Source: an uncultured archaeon (lineage in GTDB: Archaea; Hadarchaeota; Hadarchaeia; Hadarchaeales; WYZ-LMO6). Taken from it: DNA of 37,726 bases. The first letter of the stretch is position 1. Each line of letters starts with the position of its first letter. Location: NCBI GenBank assembly GCA_938074535.1, contig CALJER010000007.1:1-37726 (forward strand). The letters run 5' to 3'. The position numbers and the translations under genes were made by a program. This document shows, piece after piece, positions 8,980 to 17,397 of this stretch. The notes under the pieces are model-generated. The model was given only the letters and a program-made list of their open reading frames with translations. It did not search any database and was not told the origin of the DNA.

Positions 8980-9013
8980 GACCTCGACGAGCAGCCAGGA
9001 GCGAGAAGTAGTC

Positions 9014-9292
9014 CTAACTCATTTCCACGGGGCGGGGGGGCGGCTTCCTGCTCCTACTCACAGGCCAGGGGCGCTCGTTGGTCACCATGTAGAGATAGCG
9101 GTAGACCTCGTAGACGTAGGCTATGAAACGGTTGGTGAACTCGGCTATGCCCCGGTGCCTCCTGCCCAGGATGAGGGCGTGAAACCAGTGAACGATCACC
9201 GCCAGGCAGGCGATGATTCCCCAGGCCCAGGCGATGACGCCGTAGACGAAAGCAAGAGGAATCCTGATCAAAGCCTCCGCTCTCTCCCCCAT
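9014..9292 (-). CDS. DUF4389-like small membrane protein
   Basis: Hydrophobic helices followed by WFHALILGRRHRG...Y..EVYRYLYMVTNERPWP. Confidence 0.75.
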   Translation of the reverse strand: MGERAEALIRIPLAFVYGVIAWAWGIIACLAVIVHWFHALILGRRHRGIAEFTNRFIAYVYEVYRYLYMVTNERPWPVSRSRKPPPRPVEMS

Positions 9293-9296
9293 CCTC

Positions 9297-10727
9297 TCAG
9301 TCCTTTATCCCCGCCAGGTACTTCACCAGTTCCTTCTTGGAGTCGAAGTCGTAGGTCAGGAGGATCAGGATCTCCTCCATGATGGGAGATCCTCCCCCGT
9401 GCACCCCCGCTATGGCCATCACCCCTCCCAGCGAAGAGGCCAGCATGTCGGAGAGCATGCGGAAGCACCGGTGGATGTTCTCCGCCGGAACACCCGCCCT
9501 CCTCATGATGTACTTCTCCAGGTACTTCCCCGTCTCTGGGTTGAGGAAGTCCCCTTCGAAGGGAAGGGTGGCCGGGAGCCCACCCGCGATTTCCGTGAGG
9601 ATCTCCAGCTCCTTGTACACGTTGAGCCCGGCGTGCCTCCTCCCCATGTTCACGTAGATCATGTTGGGCAGGAAGGTACCGGAGGGGTGCTTCTCCCCCG
9701 TGACCGCCGCCGCTATCCCGGCCGCGTAGACCAGCTCCGCCACGCACGCCAGCTCGGCCAGCCTGGAGCGCACGTGGGGCTTGTTGGCAATACCCTGGTA
9801 GTCGGCGGTGAGGGCCACGGATCCCATCACCAGGTCGGTGAGGGCGGGTTTGCAGCCGCAGTAGCTGTGTCTGTGGAAGAGACCGCCGGAAGCATGGGCC
9901 AGCAGGCCTGCAAACTCCCACTCACCGCACATAAACACCCTCTCCTCGGGAACAAACACGTCGTCGAAGATGACGAAGGAGTCCGCCGCGCCGAGCTCCC
10001 CCATGGGGGCCTTCAGGTACTCCCTGGGCCTGGCGTTGGCCACATGGGTGATGAGCTTCACCCCCTCCGTGTCGGCGGGGAGGGAGAAAGCCACCGCCCA
10101 GTCCCCATCCTCCTCACCCATGGCTCTGGTGGGCACGCAGATGATCTCGTCCGCGTTGGCTGCCATGGTGATGTGGTTCTTGGCCCCCCTCACCACGATC
10201 CCGTCCGACCTCCTCTCCACCACCCTCACGTAGAGGTCGGGATCCTTCTGCTGGTGGGGCCTCAGGCTCCTGTCCCCCTTCACGTCCGTCTGGGCCATGG
10301 CGGCCGTGAGGTCCTCCTTCTGGAAGTACTTCAGGTATTCCGTGAACCTTCTGTGGTAATCCGTGCCGTGGGCCTTGTCCGTCTCGTACGTGATCACGGA
10401 GAGGGCGTTGATGGCGTCGCAGCCCATGCACCTCTGGATGCACCCCCCCGTGAGGTGGCAGGCCTTCCTTATCAGTTCCTGCTTCTTCAGGAGGTCCTCA
10501 GCGCTCTGGTTGATGTGGGTGAAGCGGTTGATGGGCCTCCCATCCAGGTGGGACCTCGTGACGAGGAGGTCCTTGAAGCGCGGATCCTCCACCAGGTCAA
10601 AGCTCTTGGAGAGGATGTTCAGGGAGGGCCGGAGAAGGGGATCGTCCCTCTCCACCAGTTTGCCGTCTATGTAAACGTTCTTCTTCATCCGGCGGAGCGC
10701 CGCCAGATACTCCTCCGAGGTCCTCAC
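9297..10727 (-). CDS. abfD: 4-hydroxybutyryl-CoA dehydratase (HpaB/AbfD family, FAD and [4Fe-4S])
   Basis: CIQRCMGCD and HRHSYCGCK cluster ligands, AQTDVKGDRS, VVRGAK, HGGGSP. Confidence 0.85.
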   Translation of the reverse strand: MRTSEEYLAALRRMKKNVYIDGKLVERDDPLLRPSLNILSKSFDLVEDPRFKDLLVTRSHLDGRPINRFTHINQSAEDLLKKQELIRKACHLTGGCIQRCMGCDAINALSVITYETDKAHGTDYHRRFTEYLKYFQKEDLTAAMAQTDVKGDRSLRPHQQKDPDLYVRVVERRSDGIVVRGAKNHITMAANADEIICVPTRAMGEEDGDWAVAFSLPADTEGVKLITHVANARPREYLKAPMGELGAADSFVIFDDVFVPEERVFMCGEWEFAGLLAHASGGLFHRHSYCGCKPALTDLVMGSVALTADYQGIANKPHVRSRLAELACVAELVYAAGIAAAVTGEKHPSGTFLPNMIYVNMGRRHAGLNVYKELEILTEIAGGLPATLPFEGDFLNPETGKYLEKYIMRRAGVPAENIHRCFRMLSDMLASSLGGVMAIAGVHGGGSPIMEEILILLTYDFDSKKELVKYLAGIKD

Positions 10728-10781
10728 GCAGAGACGGTCTCACCGCTCCCCTATAAAACTTGCTGTAGGAGGGGCCTGCCT

Positions 10782-10967
10782 CTAGAGCTGGTTCAGCGCG
10801 AGGACGATCAGGTCGACGAGGCCCAGGATCATCCCCACGGGCACGGCGGCCCTCATCACCGCCACGAACTTGGGGAGATCCCCCTTCAGCCCCAGCCTCC
10901 CCAGCACCGCGAAGATCACCAGCAGGTACAGACCGCTCACCAGCAACAGAACCGTTTCCAGATCCAT
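10782..10967 (-). CDS. Small two-TM hypothetical protein
   Basis: 61 aa with two hydrophobic helices; GGAAGGG upstream; divergent from nep1. Confidence 0.6.
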   Translation of the reverse strand: MDLETVLLLVSGLYLLVIFAVLGRLGLKGDLPKFVAVMRAAVPVGMILGLVDLIVLALNQL

Positions 10968-10992
10968 CTTATCCCTTCCCTCTACGGAAACC

Positions 10993-11000
10993 TTTAAAAA
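10993..11000. promoter_or_regulatory. TATA element in a short divergent intergenic region (possibly bidirectional)
   Basis: TTTAAAAA about 30 nt from the nep1 ATG and about 26 nt from the ATG of the small membrane gene. Confidence 0.5.
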
Positions 11001-11029
11001 GCTTTTTCTCCGCGGGAGAAAGCTACCTG

Positions 11030-11710
11030 ATGCTCCACCTGGTGCTGGCCGACTGCGAGCTGGAGAGGGTGCCCCCCGAGATAGCGGACCACCGCGTGGT
11101 GAGGTGGTGGGCCAGGAAGAGGGGGAGGAGGCCCACGGAGCTCCTCTTGGACTCCAGCCTCTTCCACCCCGCCCTGAGGAAGCTGGAGGACGGATACAGG
11201 AGGGGGAGGCCGGACATCGTGCACCGCTGCCTGCTCCTCAGCCTGGACTCCCCCCTCAACAGGGAGGGTCTGCTGAGGGTCTACGTCCACACCAGGAACG
11301 ATGAGGTCATCGAAGTCGACCCTGAAACGAGGCTGCCCAGGTCCTTCCACCGGTTCGCCGGACTGATGGAAGAGCTCTTCCTGAGGGGTGAAACGGAAGG
11401 GGGCAGGATGAGGATGAGGAAGGAAAAGCTGGGTGAGCTCCTGAGAAGAATAGGGGCCCCCAGGACTCTGGTGCTGGATCCCAGGGGGGAGCGCAGGCTC
11501 TGGAGGGAGCTCTACCCACCGGAGGATGAGGTGTGCACGGTGGTGGGGGGCTTCGCGGAGGGCGGGTACCTCTCCGACCTGACCGGACTGCCCGTGGAGA
11601 GGGTGTGCCTGGATCCCGAGCCCCTCCCCTCCAGCACCGTGGTGGCCAGGCTGATCTTCTCCTACGAGGAGAAGAAAGGGATCCAAGAGAGGAGGCTGGG
11701 TAGAAGGTGA
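11030..11710 (+). CDS. nep1: 16S rRNA pseudouridine N1-methyltransferase Nep1/EMG1
   Basis: LLDSSLFH, RRGRPDIVH, RLPRSFHRFAGLMEEL and VGGFAEG (SPOUT fold). Confidence 0.93.
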   Translation: MLHLVLADCELERVPPEIADHRVVRWWARKRGRRPTELLLDSSLFHPALRKLEDGYRRGRPDIVHRCLLLSLDSPLNREGLLRVYVHTRNDEVIEVDPETRLPRSFHRFAGLMEELFLRGETEGGRMRMRKEKLGELLRRIGAPRTLVLDPRGERRLWRELYPPEDEVCTVVGGFAEGGYLSDLTGLPVERVCLDPEPLPSSTVVARLIFSYEEKKGIQERRLGRR

Positions 11711-12054
11711 AGGAGGACCACAGGGCCCTGGCCCTGGAGAGGATAGAAAGGCTGGTGCTGCTGGCGGAGGAGGCCTGGCCGGAGGAGAAGGAACTCTCCA
11801 GGAGGTACCTGGAGCTGGCCTGGAAGCTGAAGCTCCGCCACAGGGTGAGGCTCCCCCCCCACCTGCGCGGCAGGTTCTGCAGGAAATGCAGGAGCCCGCT
11901 GAAGCCTGGGGTCTCCTGCAGGGTGAGGGTGAGGGCAGGGAGGATGGTAAGGGTCTGTCTGGAGTGCGGGCACCTCACGCGTCTCCCCCTGAAAGGCGCA
12001 AAGGGCAATAGGATTAATAAGCGGAGGCGGGAAGACGGAGAAGATGTCCGTTAG
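11707..12054 (+). CDS. rnp4: Ribonuclease P protein component 4 (Rpp21)
   Basis: ALERIERL..., SRRYLELA, zinc ribbon FCRKC...CLECG. Confidence 0.92.
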   Translation: MKEDHRALALERIERLVLLAEEAWPEEKELSRRYLELAWKLKLRHRVRLPPHLRGRFCRKCRSPLKPGVSCRVRVRAGRMVRVCLECGHLTRLPLKGAKGNRINKRRREDGEDVR

Positions 12055-12481
12055 GGAAGTCCCCTCTCAGCTGCTCATAGCCAGGACAGCGGAGGAGCTG
12101 AAGAAGCTGGAGGAGCTGAGGCCACCGGAATGGAGCAGGTACGTGAAGACGGGGGTGCACAAGGAGAGACCGCCGGAGCAGAAGGACTGGTGGTACGTGA
12201 GAGCGGCTTCCCTCCTGAGGAGGCTCTACCTGGACGGTCCCGTGGGCGTCTCCAGGCTGCGCGTCTACTACGGGGGAAGGAAGAAAAGGGGTGCCGCACC
12301 CGAGCACTTCAGGAGGGGGGGAGGGAAAATCCTCAGGAGCCTCCTGCAGCAGCTGGAGAGGGCCGGACTGGTGGAGAGGAAGGAGAAGGAGGGGAGGAAG
12401 GTCACCAGAAAGGGGGCCGAGCTGCTGGAAAAACTCTCCGGAGAGCTCAAGGGAGGGATGGGTTCTGGAGGAGGAGGCTGA
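12044..12481 (+). CDS. rps19e: 30S ribosomal protein S19e
   Basis: [37 protein letters not shown]. Confidence 0.97.
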   Translation: MSVREVPSQLLIARTAEELKKLEELRPPEWSRYVKTGVHKERPPEQKDWWYVRAASLLRRLYLDGPVGVSRLRVYYGGRKKRGAAPEHFRRGGGKILRSLLQQLERAGLVERKEKEGRKVTRKGAELLEKLSGELKGGMGSGGGG

Positions 12482-12797
12482 GCTGGAGGAAATAAGGAGG
12501 AGAAAAATGCTGGAGCTGCAGGCGCAGCTGCAGGAGCAGAGGAGGAGGGAGGAGATGAGGAGAGAACTGGAGCTTCAGAAGAGGCTCATCCTCCAGCAGA
12601 TTCTCACCCCCGAAGCCAGGAGCAGGCTGGCCAACCTCAAGATGGTGAAACCCGAGTTCGCGGAGAGCCTGGAGCTGGAGCTGATCGCACTCGCTCAGTC
12701 GGGAAGACTGAGGGCCCCCCTCACCGACGACCAGCTCAGGGAACTCCTGAGGAGGCTGCAGGAGAGGAGGAGGGAAACAAGAATAAGGAGGGTCTAG
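12465..12797 (+). CDS. PDCD5-family DNA-binding protein (start uncertain, probably CTG 12465)
   Basis: [46 protein letters not shown]; conserved position after rps19e. Confidence 0.9.
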   Translation: MEEEAELEEIRRRKMLELQAQLQEQRRREEMRRELELQKRLILQQILTPEARSRLANLKMVKPEFAESLELELIALAQSGRLRAPLTDDQLRELLRRLQERRRETRIRRV

Positions 12798-12953
12798 GTG
12801 AGCAGGAACAAGCCACTGACGCTGAAGAAGAAGCTCCAGAGAGCCGGGAGGAGGACCAGGAGGGCCCCCATCTGGGCGGTGATGAAGACCAGGGGAAGGG
12901 TGAGGGACAGCTTGAAGCGCAGGCGCTGGTACCGATCCAAGATAAGACCTTAG
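12798..12953 (+). CDS. rpl39e: 50S ribosomal protein L39e (absent from the ORF track)
   Basis: Manual translation MSRNKPLTLKKKLQRAGRRTRRAPIWAVMKTRGRVRDSLKRRRWYRSKIRP (51 aa); conserved position. Confidence 0.95.
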   Translation: MSRNKPLTLKKKLQRAGRRTRRAPIWAVMKTRGRVRDSLKRRRWYRSKIRP

Positions 12954-12962
12954 GTGGTGGCC

Positions 12963-13214
12963 ATGCCCGAGGAGAGAATCTATGTGGTCCCGCTGAGGGA
13001 GGTCCGGGAGAAGGCCAGGTACAAAAGGGCGGCCAAGGCCATGGACCTCATCAGGGAGTTCGTGGAGAGACACATGAAGACGGAGAGGGTCAGGATAGAC
13101 GGAGGGCTGAACAAGAAGGTCTGGGCCAGAGGGGCCAAGAAGCCTCCCTCCAGGGTGAGGATCAGGGCCGTGAAGAAGGAGGACGGCTCGGTGGAGGTCT
13201 TCTCCGCGGAGTAG
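12963..13214 (+). CDS. rpl31e: 50S ribosomal protein L31e
   Basis: ERIYVVPLR, KRAAKAM, LNKKVWARGAKKPPSRVRIR. Confidence 0.96.
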   Translation: MPEERIYVVPLREVREKARYKRAAKAMDLIREFVERHMKTERVRIDGGLNKKVWARGAKKPPSRVRIRAVKKEDGSVEVFSAE

Positions 13215-13220
13215 GGTGGA

Positions 13221-13889
13221 ATGCCCTTCCTGCGCCTCAACTTCGGAAGGATCCCCTATCTTGGACTTTTCTGCCTCGTCACCGACTCCGTGGCTGTTTT
13301 TCCCAAGAACCTGAAGCTGGACGAGGAAGAGCTGGAGGAAAAGCTGGGCGTTCCCGTTCTCAGGGCTGAGGTGATGGGGTCATCCCTCCTAGGGGTCTTC
13401 CTGGCGGGGAACTCCCGCACCATCCTGGCGCCCTCCCTGATGGGGGAGGAAGAGGAGAGAAGCTTCAGGGAGAGGGGAGTGGAGGTTTACAGGGTCCGGG
13501 GCAAATTCACCGCCCTGGGCAACCTTCTCCTGGTGAACGACAGGGGTGGACTGGCCAGCCCGGCCCTCCCGGCCAAAGCGGTGGAGGAGCTGAGCTCCGC
13601 CCTGGGAGTGCCGCTGGAGAGGGGTACGGTGTCGGGACTCAAGACGGTGGGAAGCGCGGGCGTGGTCACCAACAGGGGTGCGCTCCTCCACCCCGATGCC
13701 ACGGAGGAGGAGATCGAGAAGGCGAGGACGGCGCTCGGGGTGCCCGTGTCCACGGGAACGGCCTGCGATGGGGAAAAGTACGTGGGCATATGTGTGGCCG
13801 CCAACTCCAGGGGCTTCCTGGCCGGAGGGCCCACCACGGGAGCCGAGCTGGGGTGGATAGAGAAGGCCCTCCACTCCCCCGAGCGGTGA
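13221..13889 (+). CDS. eif6: Translation initiation factor 6 (aIF6)
   Basis: Pentein repeats: LLGVFLAGNS, ALGNLLLVND, VGSAGVVTNRGALLHP, TTGAEL. Confidence 0.95.
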   Translation: MPFLRLNFGRIPYLGLFCLVTDSVAVFPKNLKLDEEELEEKLGVPVLRAEVMGSSLLGVFLAGNSRTILAPSLMGEEEERSFRERGVEVYRVRGKFTALGNLLLVNDRGGLASPALPAKAVEELSSALGVPLERGTVSGLKTVGSAGVVTNRGALLHPDATEEEIEKARTALGVPVSTGTACDGEKYVGICVAANSRGFLAGGPTTGAELGWIEKALHSPER

Positions 13890-13984
13890 TCTGGACTCGG
13901 TCGGGGGAGGCGGGGAACCCGCCGGGCATGAAGGCTCCGGCGGGAAGGGGAAACTGATATAGGGGGGCCGTGGGAAGGAATAGG

Positions 13985-14422
13985 ATGCCCGAACTCACGG
14001 AAGGAGAGAGGGAGGAGCTGGAGAAATCCCTTCTTGAGCTGAACAGGGGGAGAACCCTCATGGAGGCCATGAGGGAGCAGGTGGCCCTCCTGAATACCAC
14101 CCTCTCGGAGCTCTCCTCCACCATCGAGACCATCAAGAAGCTCAAGGAGCTCCCGGAGGGGACGGAGATCCTCACCCCCATAGGCTCAGGCTCTTTCGTG
14201 AAGGCGAAGCTGATGCCCGTGGACAAAATCCTGACGGGGGTGGGGGCGGAGGTGGTGGTGGAGAGGACCCCCGACGAGGCCCTGAGGTTCCTGGAGGAGA
14301 AGTCCTCGGAGGTGGGGAAGGCCGTCCAGCAGCTCAGGTCCGAGATGGCCAGCCTGGAGCAGAGGCTCGAAGCCCTGCGGCCGGGAATAGAAAAGCTCCT
14401 CTCGAAGACCAGGGAAAAGTGA
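13985..14422 (+). CDS. pfdA: Prefoldin subunit alpha
   Basis: Coiled coil - EILTPIGSGSFVKAK..DKILTGVGAEVVVE - coiled coil. Confidence 0.93.
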   Translation: MPELTEGEREELEKSLLELNRGRTLMEAMREQVALLNTTLSELSSTIETIKKLKELPEGTEILTPIGSGSFVKAKLMPVDKILTGVGAEVVVERTPDEALRFLEEKSSEVGKAVQQLRSEMASLEQRLEALRPGIEKLLSKTREK

Positions 14423-14423
14423 G

Positions 14424-15458
14424 ATGCTCGAGAAACTCAAGGAGAAGCTCCGCAGGGTAAAGGCGAAGCTCACCAGGAAACTCGAAGAGAAGGCTGCCGC
14501 CCCCCCCGAAGAGGAGGAAGAACCCGAAGCAAAGCCCAAAAGACCCTCCAGGGCTTCCCCCAAGCTGGGGGTGAAGAGGGCCCTGAAGAAGGCGGTGGGG
14601 ATCGAGCTCTCCCCTTCCGACCTGGAGGACATCCTCTGGGACCTGCAGGTCTCCCTCCTGGAGAGCGACGTGGCCGTGCCCGTGGCGGACGAGCTCATCA
14701 ACAGGGTGAAGAACAAGCTCACGGGGAGGAAGCTGGGGCTGAGGGAGGACCCCAAGAAGGTGGCCGAAGCCGTGCTGGAGGAGGCCATGAGGGAGATCCT
14801 GGAAGCGGGGGAGAAGGTGGACCTGCTGCAGGTGGTGAAGGCCAAAAATGAGAGGAACGAGCCGGCCGTCCTGGTCTTCTTCGGCATCAACGGGACGGGG
14901 AAGACCACCACCATAGCCAAGCTGGCCAAGTACCTGCAGGAGAGGGGATTGAGGGTGGTGCTGGCGGCCTCCGACACCTTCAGGGCGGGGGGAATAGAGC
15001 AGCTGGAGGTGCACGCCAGGAGGCTGGGGGTGGAGCTGGTGAAGCAAAGACAGGGGGCGGACGCCGCGGCGGTGGCCTACGATGCCATCTCCCACGCAAA
15101 AGCCAGGGGGTTCCAGGTGGTGCTGGTGGACACGGCTGGAAGGATGCAGACCGACAGGGACCTGATGGACGAGATGAGGAAAATCGTGAGGGTGACCAGA
15201 CCGGACCTCAGGATCTTCGTGGGGGATGCCCTGACGGGAAACGACGCGGTGGAGCAGGCCAGGACCTTCAACCAGGAGGTGGGAATAGACGGCTCCATCC
15301 TGTGCAAGATGGACGCGGACGCCCGGGGAGGGGCGGCCCTCTCCATCACCTACGTGACCGGAAAGCCCATCCTCTTCCTGGGCGTGGGACAGGGGTACGA
15401 GGACCTGGTGGAGTTCAAACCGGAGCTAATCCTGAAGCCCCTGCTTGAGGAGGGCTGA
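14424..15458 (+). CDS. ftsY: SRP receptor FtsY
   Basis: GINGTGKTTTIAKLA, DTFRAG, DTAGR, KMDADARGG, GVGQGYEDL. Confidence 0.97.
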   Translation: MLEKLKEKLRRVKAKLTRKLEEKAAAPPEEEEEPEAKPKRPSRASPKLGVKRALKKAVGIELSPSDLEDILWDLQVSLLESDVAVPVADELINRVKNKLTGRKLGLREDPKKVAEAVLEEAMREILEAGEKVDLLQVVKAKNERNEPAVLVFFGINGTGKTTTIAKLAKYLQERGLRVVLAASDTFRAGGIEQLEVHARRLGVELVKQRQGADAAAVAYDAISHAKARGFQVVLVDTAGRMQTDRDLMDEMRKIVRVTRPDLRIFVGDALTGNDAVEQARTFNQEVGIDGSILCKMDADARGGAALSITYVTGKPILFLGVGQGYEDLVEFKPELILKPLLEEG

Positions 15459-15504
15459 GGATTCACCGACCTACTTTTCCCCAGGGAGGGCGAGCCCCCA
15501 CCCT

Positions 15505-16441
15505 CTACGGGTATCCCGCAACCACTTTCCGCCGGGCGACCGGCCAGCGCCGGCCCCCCATCCTTCCCAGGAACCTCATCACGAAGTCCAGCAGGGACAA
15601 AAGCAGCGCACAGAAGGAGAAGAGCAAAAGGGCGAAGAGAACCCGGGAGACTGCCCTGTAGCCCGTGATCCTGTCCTGAGTTTCCAGCAGGTACCAAAAG
15701 CGTGAGGGGAGAAGCTCCAGGCGGGAGAAACCTCCCCACTCCCGGTAGGGGTCCACGCTCCACCGGTCGACCTCGGAGGAAGGTACCCCTGATCGGGTCA
15801 CCGGGACTCTCGTAGAGGGAGAGGTTCTCTGGCGATTCTAGGATCGTAAGGGTCGCGGCCTCCACGTGCCCCCTCCTCCCGTTCTCCAGCTCCACCACCA
15901 TCCAGCTGTGCAGCCTTCTCCCTCCCGAGGGCTCCCTGTAGCCCAGGGCGAGAAAGGCGTGAAACCCCGCGCCCCCGCAGAGCCACTTCACCAGCGCCGA
16001 GGTCTCCGAGCAGTCGAACACTTTCTCCTCCACATACTCCAGCCTGACCTGCCGGAGGAAGGAGGCCAGACCCGCGAGGTCCCTCTCCGCCGGAAGGGAG
16101 AGGTTCCCGGACACGAAGGCCTTCGCCCGTCTCGATAGTGGAGGGAGAGGACGGAGAAGCTGAAAAAGAGCCACACGGCCAGCACGAAGGCCAGGACCTG
16201 CAGAACCATCTTAGGGGCCCTCGCCCGAGGTCCTCCCGGGAAAGAATCTGGGGGTCCTCCCCTCCAGGGAAAGGAGGGAGAGGAAGACGGCGGGGCCCCC
16301 CAGCCTCAGGCCCGCTCCCACCAGGCGCCACCAGCTTACGGAGTCAAAGAAGCCGACCAGGCCGAAGAGCCTGGAATAGAGAGGCAGGCGGGGCAAGGCG
16401 CAGCCCGCTAGAAAGAGGGCCGCGCCCGCCCCGCCCGCCAT
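15505..16441 (-). pseudogene. Fragmented membrane protein with a transglutaminase-like domain
   Basis: Consecutive pieces in different frames: TM fragments (16211-16441 and 16130-16209), Y..VFDCSE...HSWMVVE...VEAAT (about 15800-16130), and a C-terminal TM (15505-15801). Confidence 0.6.
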
Positions 16442-16473
16442 CTCCCTGAGGATCCTCCTTCTGCTCCCCGAGG

Positions 16474-17397
16474 CTATCCCTCCTCCAGCTCCTCCAGCCT
16501 GGCCCTGTAGACCTCCCTCAGCCTCCTCCACTCCTCCTCCGAGATCTTCCCCTCCTTCCTGAAGGAATCCAGCCTCTCCATCATCCTCCTTATTCCCTCG
16601 CTGGACCTCGCCCTGCCCCTCTCCGCCCCCTCCGGCGGCCTCTCCGCCCTGCTCGCCCTGCGGGAGAGGAGCAGGAGGAAGGAAAACCAGCCCAGGAGGA
16701 GGAAGAGGGTGTAGAGGATCCCCACAGCACCCTCTCCCCAGAAAAACCTGAGGGAGAGGGTGGCGTTGTTCAGGCCGTGCATGAGGACGGGCCCCACCAG
16801 GTTTCCCGTCCTGGCGTAGGCCGCCCCCATCCAGACGAAGAAGAGGAAGGCCGAACCGAACATGGTGGCGCCCGGAAGGCCGAAATCCAGGTACCAGAGA
16901 TGGGTGACGGAGTGCATGGCCGAGCTCAGGAGGATGGCCCTGAGCGTCCCGGCGGGGAGAAACTCCCTCAGGATGAACCCCCTGAAGACCACCTCCTCCG
17001 CCAGGGCCGCGGGAAGGAAGGAGGCGAGGGCGAAGTAGGCGAAATACCACCCTGGCAGGCTCTCCATCCTGCTGAAGACCTCCTCACCTGGATCCTTCCC
17101 CACCAGCCTCGCCACCGCCTCTCCGTAGATGCCCAGAAGGAAGAGGAAGAACAGGGAAAGGGCGAAGAGCCAGGCGAGGCCTGGGAGGAGGCCCTCCCTT
17201 CTAATCCCCACCGAGGACCAGAACCTATCCCTCCTGGCGAAATGGAAAACCGTGAGGAGGGGGAGGAGATAGCCCGCCCAGTCTCCCACCACGGAGAGGG
17301 GGAGGCTCATCCTTCCCAGCAGCCTGGCGACCAGCATTCCCGCGAAGCAGGAGAACCATACCGCCAGCACCGCCTCAGGACGTCTGACCCTTCCCAC
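16474..17397 (-). CDS. CPBP (Abi/CAAX) family intramembrane metalloprotease with a SHOCT-like tail
   Basis: AEEVVFRG, HSVTH and HGLNN motifs; multiple TMs; EGKISEEEW tail. Confidence 0.88.
   Translation of the reverse strand: MGRVRRPEAVLAVWFSCFAGMLVARLLGRMSLPLSVVGDWAGYLLPLLTVFHFARRDRFWSSVGIRREGLLPGLAWLFALSLFFLFLLGIYGEAVARLVGKDPGEEVFSRMESLPGWYFAYFALASFLPAALAEEVVFRGFILREFLPAGTLRAILLSSAMHSVTHLWYLDFGLPGATMFGSAFLFFVWMGAAYARTGNLVGPVLMHGLNNATLSLRFFWGEGAVGILYTLFLLLGWFSFLLLLSRRASRAERPPEGAERGRARSSEGIRRMMERLDSFRKEGKISEEEWRRLREVYRARLEELEEG

Noticed and set aside
7740-9013. Direct repeat of the tRNA-Gly 3' end (att site) bounding the island
   Set aside because: No second copy seen by eye in the window, so an intact or excisable element is not supported
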